Positions 8,387 to 15,147 of a DNA stretch of 15,147 nt are shown one piece after another. Numbering within the stretch: position 1 is the first letter of the stretch; the number at the start of each line of letters is the position of its first letter. Below the pieces are notes generated by a model. It ran no database searches. It was not told where the DNA came from and worked only from the letters and a program-made list of their open reading frames with translations. The position numbers and the translations under genes are program-made. Source of the stretch: Calditrichia bacterium (lineage in GTDB: Bacteria; Calditrichota; Calditrichia; RBG-13-44-9); NCBI GenBank assembly GCA_037381445.1, contig JARRQT010000090.1, positions 1-15,147 on the forward strand, read 5' to 3'.

Positions 8387-8468
8387 GTCCCGCATCAGTC
8401 GGTCAGCGGGACCTCAGGGCTTCCTTCGGTTGTTTTTTGGAAAGGTTACAACAGGAAGGTCCAGCCCT
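8387..8468 (-). ncRNA. Candidate cis-acting structured RNA (two hairpins) in the flgE leader
   Basis: Minus strand: AGGGCU-gga-CCUUC-cu-GUUGU-[14-nt loop]-ACAAC-c-GAAGG-a-AGCCCU, then gag, then GUCCCGC-[UGACCGACUGAU]-GCGGGAC. Pairing read by eye; no U-tract follows. Confidence 0.6.
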
Positions 8469-8478
8469 TTTAAATTAG

Positions 8479-8877
8479 TCATTCTACAACAACTGCCGAA
8501 TCAATATTCGTAAAGACATTTTGCTTCATCGTGTCATTGTCAATGGCCGTAACCACGGTGCGGTTATCCAGGTTGACAATGAAAGCCACATCCGGCATCA
8601 GGATCAGAGAATCGTGACCACCCTTTCCCTGTGCCATGTTTATGGCGTTGGCCAGTTTTTCCATGCTCTCTGCGTTGAGCTCGATATTACGGCTATGAAG
8701 CCGGGTCTGCGCATGAGCGGAGAATTTTATTCTCTTTTCATCCGCCATCTTATCCAGCAATATTTTGCTGAACTCGGACTCTCCGGCAGAGGGCAGGTCA
8801 GGTTTTCGTGATGGTATTCCTCCGAGGCCACCGATGGGTATAAACGGGGGTTTCATACCATCAATCTTACCCGGCAT
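8479..8877 (-). CDS. TIGR02530-type 'flagellar operon protein', function unknown
   Basis: Motifs IKFSAHAQTRLHSRNI, KGGHDSLIL, AFIVNLDNRTVVTA and NVFTNIDSAV; sits between flgD and flgE. ATG 8877 is preferred because the track's GTG at 8886 lies inside the SD AGGAGGTG. Confidence 0.88.
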   Translation of the reverse strand: MPGKIDGMKPPFIPIGGLGGIPSRKPDLPSAGESEFSKILLDKMADEKRIKFSAHAQTRLHSRNIELNAESMEKLANAINMAQGKGGHDSLILMPDVAFIVNLDNRTVVTAIDNDTMKQNVFTNIDSAVVVE

Positions 8878-8912
8878 TTCAATCACCTCCTTTCAGCCTA
8901 TTCATAAAAGAT

Positions 8913-9593
8913 TTAACTATTCGTAATTTCATATACATCCGACATTTGAATTTCCAGATCGCCCAGCATTAATACGGCGCCGTTATTCCCATACCTCACA
9001 CCTGTGATGGTACCACAAACGTAGCTCTGGGTGGATACCGCGTTTCCGTCAGCATCGGTCGCAGTCACCCGGTAATGGTAATTTCCGTTGGGAAGTGTGA
9101 TTCCGACATTATCTTCGCCGTCCCAGAGAATCGATTGATCGCCTTTTGAAAGGTTATCCAGATTGATGGTACGCTTCACCTGATCATTTTCATCCAGAAT
9201 CTCAATTTTCACGTTCTTGGCATCGTTGCCCAGATCAAAATTCAGATAGGCTTGCTTGCTGTCGCCCAAATGAATCTGATTGCCATATGCCTTCACATCG
9301 TGTCCTATTACCGTGGACGCCATCGTATTATTGATTGAAGTAGTAAGCAGGTAGTTGGCATCGAGACTCTGCTGCAGCGATTTATCGATATTCTGCAGCT
9401 CTTCCACACTGCTGAACTGCGCCAACTGAGTTGAGAATTCTGTGCCTTCCATGGGATTCAGCGGATCCTGATAATGGAGCTGCGTGACCAGCAATTTCAG
9501 GAAATCATCTTTCCCCAGAATATTTTTTGCAGTCGCGGAACCCATATTTAATCCTAATCCCTGAACAGACATGTCCGTTGAAACATCGCTCAT
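8913..9593 (-). CDS. flgD: Flagellar hook capping protein FlgD
   Basis: LGKDDFLKLLVTQLHYQDPLNPM...QLAQFSSVE; FlgD Ig-like domain (WDGEDNVG...PNGNY); SD AGGAGGTG. Confidence 0.97.
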   Translation of the reverse strand: MSDVSTDMSVQGLGLNMGSATAKNILGKDDFLKLLVTQLHYQDPLNPMEGTEFSTQLAQFSSVEELQNIDKSLQQSLDANYLLTTSINNTMASTVIGHDVKAYGNQIHLGDSKQAYLNFDLGNDAKNVKIEILDENDQVKRTINLDNLSKGDQSILWDGEDNVGITLPNGNYHYRVTATDADGNAVSTQSYVCGTITGVRYGNNGAVLMLGDLEIQMSDVYEITNS

Positions 9594-9608
9594 TCCTATT
9601 CACCTCCT

Positions 9609-12058
9609 TTACGCAATATATTCAAATGTGCTGTTTGTAAGATTTAGCCTGTGCGGCATTTTTATATTATAATTCTCTTTGGTTTCGGTGCTGCTACCAA
9701 AATGCTGACGATATTTCCCCTGTCCGCTGGCGGTATAATGCGCGCTATTCTGTGACTGCTGGTCGGGACCGCCATTCATCAATTCGAATTCAAGATTAGA
9801 CAGATTTATATCCAACTGCTGCAGGCGCTGGGTTAATTCCTGGGTATGCTTCAGCAAAAGCTGATGAACTTCCTGCGAATTAACCTCCACCCGGCCGGAG
9901 AGATGATCATTTTCCATCTTCAGGCGGATTTTTATCAGGCCCAGATTCTCCGGGCGCAGCTGAACGGTCATTTCCTGCTTATTATTGCTCACCGCGAACT
10001 GGAACTGTTTTGCCACAGCGTTAATAAATTCAGTCGGATTTGTATTCGTAAAAATTCCCGGAAAATTTTGGTGAATGCTGAAAGAACCGTTTAACGCGGT
10101 CTTTCCAACCTGCACATGCCCCGGCATTTGAAAGCGGGAGACATCCTTTCCCGAGTTTTCACTCCATTTACTTTCTTCTCCGGAATTTTGTGGGTTACTA
10201 TTTACCGTGAATTGTTCCTCCTCGGCAGCAACCGAAATGGAGGAAGAAGCAGATTCATGAACCATTGCATCGCTCTTCCGCGACGACTGGTGTATAGAGG
10301 CGGCGCCAGCCGAGGCCTTCTCAGAATGTGAAATATTTTGGCTGGTTCCTGCCGGGTGTGATTCAGAATGATTTACATTTTCATTTGCTGCCTTGATTGG
10401 ATTTTCCGAACCGCTCAAACCTACGGATGCATGTTTACTGTGAGAAGCACCGGGTACAGTTCGATTGGCAGCATGCCGGTCCACCGGCTGGACGCTGGCG
10501 GTTGTATTCTCAACCGACGATTTCGGAGAAGCTGGTTGAGAAGAAAATTCTACTTTTGGCTGGTTGTTGTCATTTCCGGATTTTTCAGAGATATGCGGCT
10601 GCGTCTGAGAATCTAAAGTCGCCTTACCATCAGAAACAGAAAATTTTAACCTGGCTGAATCGAATGAATTAACCAATGAAACACGGTCGGAATTAGGCTC
10701 CACCCCTTGGCTATGCTGAAAAACCAGATTCGAAGCATTTTTGAATAGGATATCATTGGCATGCTGTTTTCCTGCCGAAAGGCCGCTTTCTTTACTATTC
10801 ATCTCAAGAAACGCCTGCTCTCTTGCGGTAGCAGAACCGTCGTCTGATGGCAGCAGATCCTGCTCCGTGAAAAATAAGACAGCATTTGCTGAAGTACCTT
10901 TTTCCGCAAAATGAGTATACACATCGTCATTCAGGGCCTGATGAGAATTTTGAATTTTCGAAGCACTATCCTGCACCCTGGAAATGTTCCCATCGGCTGA
11001 GTTTGGCGATGCGCCGACGTTAAAATTCTTCTGCGAGCCCGCAGAATCTATCAGGATATTTCCTTCAGAAAAGATTTCCCCTTCAGGCGCATTTTTTAAA
11101 GTACTTTCCCTGCCAATGGCAGAGATTTTTTCGTTGCTGTTATTTCCTGAATTCAGCAATGTGGTCTGATTTGCGGACCCTGAGTCGATTACCCCTTTCG
11201 GCGAAGCGGATTGGCGGGAAAAAATCCTCAAGGGATTTTCGTTGCCGGATTCAACATCTTGAGCGACAACTTGATTCTGAGTTGTGGTGATTGTCTCTTT
11301 CGTCTGTGGACCGCTATTCCCGATTGTTGCTTCAGCCTGAGAATTCAGGGGCAAACTGCTTGTTTGGCTTGCATTTTCTGCCGGAGATAAGTTAGTTGGA
11401 CTGCTCATGGAAGCATACTTCTCGCTCGAAATTCCGGAAAATTGTTGATTGTTCAACAATTTTTCATGTCCGTCTGCCGAAGCGAGTGAGATGGATAGAG
11501 TCTGGTTATCCGGATTTGCTGCTGCCATTACCAGGCTGATGACGGGAATTCCCTGGGGATTTTTACCGGTGAGTGTGAGCGAGGGCGGAAAATCGGATAT
11601 CTCTTCTTTCGCTGAAGGACTTCCACCGGTCCGGATTTTTCGAGATTTTTTCAATCCGCTGGCTTTCCCGGCACTCCAGTCCAGTTGGGATAAAATCAGC
11701 AGAGAGGCGTTATCGCCCTCTTCGGCAGGAGCAGTTTTGTTGTTGGCAGTTTCCTGAGAATACTGCTTCAAAACTTCCGGATTAATCTCAATTTTTAGGC
11801 TGTAGGACTGCGGAATGATCTTCCCATCTCTGGAAACAGCGATGATGATCTGCGCTGGATTTCTGGAAACGTCCGCTTCTTTGCCGGAGACACTCTGCTT
11901 CAGAGCGGAATCTATGGCGGTTTGCAGTTGCCCCAAAAAGGCCCCATTCCTGTAGCGGAATTACCTGATTTCATGCCCGGAAGATCTGCAAATCCCGGAT
12001 TTCCCGGAACGGATTTTTCCTGGGATCCAAAGAAGTTATTTAATGTCAAAGCGAACAT
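9609..12058 (-). CDS. fliK: Flagellar hook-length control protein FliK (main ORF 9609-11936; probable true start 12058 with an apparent 1-nt frameshift near 11931-11945)
   Basis: Long Ser/Asn/Ala-rich low-complexity body and a C-terminal FliK_C/T3S4 domain (MTVQLRPENLGLIKIRL...L...L..L); upstream of flgD. A 48-aa ORF (12058-11912) in another frame joins the main ORF if one base is added. Confidence 0.85.
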
Positions 12059-12089
12059 CCTGTCCACCAATTTTGTTCATCCTGAACAA
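12053..12089 (-). promoter_or_regulatory. Tandem CsrA/RsmA-like binding hairpins in the fliK leader
   Basis: UUGUUCA-GGA-UGAACAA (12089-12073) and GGACA-GGA-UGUUC (12065-12053). Both carry CAGGAUG with GGA at the apex, 22 nt apart; the second contains the AUG at 12058. Confidence 0.7.
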
Positions 12090-12105
12090 CCAATTATATT
12101 TATTA

Positions 12106-12132
12106 TAATCGGAATAAATTATAAAACTTTAA
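12106..12132 (-). promoter_or_regulatory. Sigma28 (FliA/SigD)-like promoter upstream of fliK
   Basis: Minus strand TTAAAGTTT...TCCGATTA, i.e. TTAA-N15-TCCGATTA, also containing the extended -35 TAAAGTTT. It overlaps the stop codon of the upstream gene. Confidence 0.7.
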
Positions 12133-12719
12133 TTAAAACTTGCCAGTTTTTTGCTGATAATCAAAGCCTTTCCGGGGTCCATGGCTGCCAGGATTTTTGC
12201 TGCCTGGCGCTCTTTCATCACAGATATAATTTCCGCGACGCGCGATTCTTCCATTCCCGCGAGGATGGTAGCGGCGTCTTCAGCCCCCATGCTTTCATAT
12301 ATTTTGGCGACCTGCTTGGCATTCGACTTTTCTGTTGCCGGCTGGGATGAATCCCTCTGAATCTCTTCCTGCAGTTCTCTTTGCAGCTTTCTATTCTCGG
12401 CCTCCATTTTGGCTAAAATCGATTTTAAACTGTCCAGCTTTTGTTCCTTTTCGCTCAGGTGTTCAATCAGCAAATTGCTGTCGACAGTAGCCGTATCGAC
12501 AGTAACCACATCTTTGTTTGCAGATGCAGTATCCGTCGAGACCTCATCTTTCATGGCCGGCTCAGGGATGACAGCTGTCGTATCCTGAACATTTGCAGCA
12601 ATTTTCCTTTCCGCCGCAACGGGACGCAAATGACCCAGGAGCAATGTCATCCCGATCAGGATAACAATGAAGCTCAGAGAGAAAAACAAGATGAATTTTA
12701 TCAGATTCTTTTTATCCAT
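12129..12719 (-). CDS. YlxF/FlbB-like flagellar protein (N-terminal TM, coiled coil, MgtE_N-like C-terminal repeats)
   Basis: N-terminal hydrophobic helix, coiled coil (KLDSLKSILAKMEAENRKLQREL), C-terminal AKIYESMGAEDAATIL...MKERQAAKILAAMDP; occupies the conserved fliJ-X-fliK position. Confidence 0.8.
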   Translation of the reverse strand: MDKKNLIKFILFFSLSFIVILIGMTLLLGHLRPVAAERKIAANVQDTTAVIPEPAMKDEVSTDTASANKDVVTVDTATVDSNLLIEHLSEKEQKLDSLKSILAKMEAENRKLQRELQEEIQRDSSQPATEKSNAKQVAKIYESMGAEDAATILAGMEESRVAEIISVMKERQAAKILAAMDPGKALIISKKLASFN

Positions 12720-12746
12720 TTCCTTTGCCTATTTCATGTTTAGACT

Positions 12747-13175
12747 TCACCGGTTTCCATGCAGTGCCATTTCATCAAGCTGTATCTGTTCTTCTTTCTC
12801 CATTTTACTGAAATATTCCGAGTAATGCTTTTCTTTTAATTTGCTTAATATCTTATGATCCTTCTGTTTTTCCAGCAACTGTCCGCGAATCTCCTCTACC
12901 TTATTTTCCAGTTGCTGCAGGCACTCTTTCTGCACCTTCAAATTATCCATCAGCTGGTAAAAATGATCATATTTCCGTCTGATTTCAGAGACCGTTTCAC
13001 TTCCGCTGGCCTGCATCTGGCGATAAAATCTTTCCAGCACGGTCTCTACCTGGTGCATTTCCTCTTGCGCTTCACATTTTTCATTTTCCGCATATGCCAG
13101 GTCGCGCTGTGCTTTCCTGAGCACCATTTCTTTCACGTCCAGCACCTTTTGCAGTCTGTACTCAAATTTTTTCAT
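12747..13175 (-). CDS. fliJ: Flagellar export protein FliJ
   Basis: MKKFEYRLQKVLDVK...coiled coil...LSKLKEK...EQIQLDE; directly after fliI. Confidence 0.93.
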   Translation of the reverse strand: MKKFEYRLQKVLDVKEMVLRKAQRDLAYAENEKCEAQEEMHQVETVLERFYRQMQASGSETVSEIRRKYDHFYQLMDNLKVQKECLQQLENKVEEIRGQLLEKQKDHKILSKLKEKHYSEYFSKMEKEEQIQLDEMALHGNR

Positions 13176-13223
13176 TTTCTTTCATCCCTGGATATTTTTT
13201 GAACTTCCCTGCCTGTTCTGCAT

Positions 13224-14510
13224 CTAATCCTTCATCAAATTCTGCAGCTGATCGAAACTGGCGGTAAGATCACTCTTTTCCTCAATGCCCTGCCGGGAAT
13301 AATCGACCTTTGGATTACTTCCTTTAACATATGCTCCAATATTAATCAAATCCTCGGCTTCCTTATAGGTTGCCAGCGTGTCCAGCAATTTGGTGGCTGC
13401 CTGGCGCTGTTCCGGCCGGGTTACGTCAGTCATGACACGGCTGATGCTTTCCAGCACATCAATGGCCGGATAATGGCCAGCAGAGGCCAGCCGCCGCGAC
13501 AGAACAATGTGACCATCCAGAATAGAACGGGCAGCATCGGCGATGGGCTCATTCATATCATCACCTTCCACCAGCACGGTGTACAAACCGGTGATACTGC
13601 CGTTCGAGGCGGTTCCGGCCCGTTCCAGCAGTTGGGGCAGAAAGGCAAAGACTGACGGCGTATATCCTTTAGTCGCCGGCGGTTCGCCCACCGTCAGACC
13701 GATTTCACGCAGCGCCATGGCCACGCGGGTGAGGGAATCCATCATGAACATTACGTTCAGTCCTTTCTCCCTGAAATATTCCGCGATGGTCGTGGCAACC
13801 AGGGAAGCTTTCACCCGGATCAGGGCCGGCTGGTCGCTGGTGGCGACCACCACCACAGAGCGCTTTAATCCCGCTTCTCCCAAATCTTTTTCGATAAAAT
13901 CGCGTACTTCACGACCGCGCTCTCCCACCAACCCGATAACATTAATATCGGCATTCGTATTTCTGGCGATCATGCCCAGCAGGGTACTTTTGCCGACGCC
14001 GCTTCCCGCAAATATGCCGACCCTTTGCCCGTTCCCGAAAGTGGTAATGGCATCAATGGCCCGGACGCCGGTAGAGAGCGGCTCTTTTATCCTTTTCCGG
14101 GTCAGCGGATCGGGTGGTTTGGCATACACGGAACGTTTGTCGCCACCGGGGAGCGGCCCAAATCCATCGATGGGTTTCCCCAGCCCGTCCAGCACTCTTC
14201 CCAGCATCGCATCACTTATTTCTATGCTAAGCTGCTCGCCGGTAGCCACAATATCGCTGCCCGGAGAAATGCCCCGCATATCCCCGAGAGACATGGAAAG
14301 TACTTTATCGCCCCGGAAACCAACCACCTCAGTCAGGTAGGGATAGTCTTCTCCCGCCGGAAAGATGTGGCAGATGTCGCCAATCGCCGACCGCGGGCCA
14401 TGGGATTCAATCAGCAGCCCGACGACTTCGCTGACTCGGCCATGAATTTTCACCGGTTCGATATAATCCAGCCGGCTGACCAGATGTTCGATTTTTGCGG
14501 CCAAATCCAT
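13224..14510 (-). CDS. fliI: Flagellar export ATPase FliI
   Basis: Walker A GIFAGSGVGKST, LVGERGREV, Walker B MFMMDSLTR, GEPPATKGYTPS, LDGHIVLSR, HYPAIDVLESISR. Confidence 0.97.
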   Translation of the reverse strand: MDLAAKIEHLVSRLDYIEPVKIHGRVSEVVGLLIESHGPRSAIGDICHIFPAGEDYPYLTEVVGFRGDKVLSMSLGDMRGISPGSDIVATGEQLSIEISDAMLGRVLDGLGKPIDGFGPLPGGDKRSVYAKPPDPLTRKRIKEPLSTGVRAIDAITTFGNGQRVGIFAGSGVGKSTLLGMIARNTNADINVIGLVGERGREVRDFIEKDLGEAGLKRSVVVVATSDQPALIRVKASLVATTIAEYFREKGLNVMFMMDSLTRVAMALREIGLTVGEPPATKGYTPSVFAFLPQLLERAGTASNGSITGLYTVLVEGDDMNEPIADAARSILDGHIVLSRRLASAGHYPAIDVLESISRVMTDVTRPEQRQAATKLLDTLATYKEAEDLINIGAYVKGSNPKVDYSRQGIEEKSDLTASFDQLQNLMKD

Positions 14511-14511
14511 C

Positions 14512-15147
14512 CTATTCGGCTCCGGTTTTGGTGGTTGCCAATTCCTTCCGCAGCTCCTGAACCAGCTTGGTTACCTGGGTCTCGATGCGGGCGTCAATTT
14601 TGCCGTTGTCCGTTTCCACGACGCAACCGCCGCGGGTAATTTTGGAATTTTCTTTAAAAGAAATTTTATCGATGCCCGGCATTCTTCTTTCAATCAGATT
14701 TTCCAGATCTTTTATGTTTTCCATATCCCCGGGATTCATATGAATCTCCACGACCGGTTCATTGCTCAAAACATTTAAAACGCGTTTGACGGACTCCTCA
14801 ATCATTCCGGGGACATATGGTGGAAGCTCTTTCAATATTTTTTCTGTCATCTTCAGAGAGAAATCAAGCAACAGATTATCGCTGTGCTGGAAGTAATGCT
14901 GCCTGGCTTTTTCAAAATTTTCAATCACCTCAGAAAATTTTGAGAACTTTTCCTCATATTCCTTTTCAATTTGTTCGACAGCAGCCCGATGACCCTCTTC
15001 AAATCCTTTCTGGAAATTTGCTTCCAGATTTTGATCGTATTCTTCTTTCGGAATTTGGATCAGCTGGTTCTTTCTTTTTCCCTTTCCGGAAGAAATATTT
15101 TCCTTGAAATCGCCCGGAGAATTTTCATCAAAATTGTCCAGCGGAAC
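14512..15147 (-). CDS. fliH: Flagellar assembly protein FliH (partial, 5' end outside window)
   Basis: The frame is open from the window edge (VPLDNFDEN...ANFQKGFEEGHRAA, a GxxxG repeat) into the tracked ORF, which ends in ITRGGCVVETDNGKIDARIETQ; directly upstream of fliI. Confidence 0.93.
   Translation of the reverse strand, partial: VPLDNFDENSPGDFKENISSGKGKRKNQLIQIPKEEYDQNLEANFQKGFEEGHRAAVEQIEKEYEEKFSKFSEVIENFEKARQHYFQHSDNLLLDFSLKMTEKILKELPPYVPGMIEESVKRVLNVLSNEPVVEIHMNPGDMENIKDLENLIERRMPGIDKISFKENSKITRGGCVVETDNGKIDARIETQVTKLVQELRKELATTKTGAE

Noticed and set aside
8387..8468. Reading the flgE leader RNA as a c-di-GMP riboswitch or an intrinsic terminator
   Set aside because: It lacks the GNRA tetraloop/receptor and GGUCAC/GCAAA-type features I associate with c-di-GMP-I, and no U-tract follows either hairpin.
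12036..12080. 14-aa upstream ORF MNKIGGQDVRFDIK in the same frame as the main fliK ORF
   Set aside because: It ends at TAA 12038-12036 and another in-frame TAA lies at 11963-11961, so readthrough cannot rescue it. Its AUG is simply part of the CAGGAUG hairpin. A leader-peptide role is not excluded but has no support.
13176..13223. CAGGGAUG upstream of fliJ as another CsrA site
   Set aside because: It coincides with the expected SD, has no convincing stem, and has only a weak partner site.
13543..14639. Long plus-strand ORFs (265 aa and 204 aa) opposite fliI/fliH
   Set aside because: Antisense shadows of conserved genes, with no recognisable motifs.
14512..14928. ORF-track 138-aa FliH as a truncated gene
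   Set aside because: The frame stays open to the window edge at 15147; the short call arises only because the real start lies outside the window.

Overview
The whole window is one minus-strand flagellar gene cluster. In transcription order it runs fliH (5'-truncated), fliI, fliJ, a YlxF/FlbB-like MgtE_N protein, fliK, flgD, a TIGR02530-type 'flagellar operon protein', flgE, flbD/swrD, motA, a 213-bp gap, motB, fliL, fliM, fliN, fliO, fliP, fliQ and fliR (3'-truncated). The gene order resembles the Firmicute/spirochaete fla operons, but the host cannot be assigned from this window. I saw no mobile elements, CRISPR arrays, rRNA or tRNA genes. The proteins are mostly ordinary; the short intergenic regions are where the interest lies. 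(1) A compact two-hairpin RNA sits between the uncharacterised TIGR02530 gene, which has a RelE/DUF4258-like S-x-H-A-x-x-R motif, and flgE. A strong hairpin closes the flgE 3' end. Together these suggest a protein-plus-RNA module acting on hook mRNA. (2) fliK has a flagellin-style leader: a sigma28-like promoter followed by two CAGGAUG hairpins typical of CsrA sites, the second containing the start codon. (3) There is an apparent 1-nt frameshift near the start of fliK. (4) motA and motB are separated by a sigma54 promoter with a FleQ-like enhancer box, while flbD-motA have their own sigma28-like promoter. (5) FliI appears to lack about 11 aa near its C-terminus. All family assignments come from motif recognition and synteny; no searches were run.
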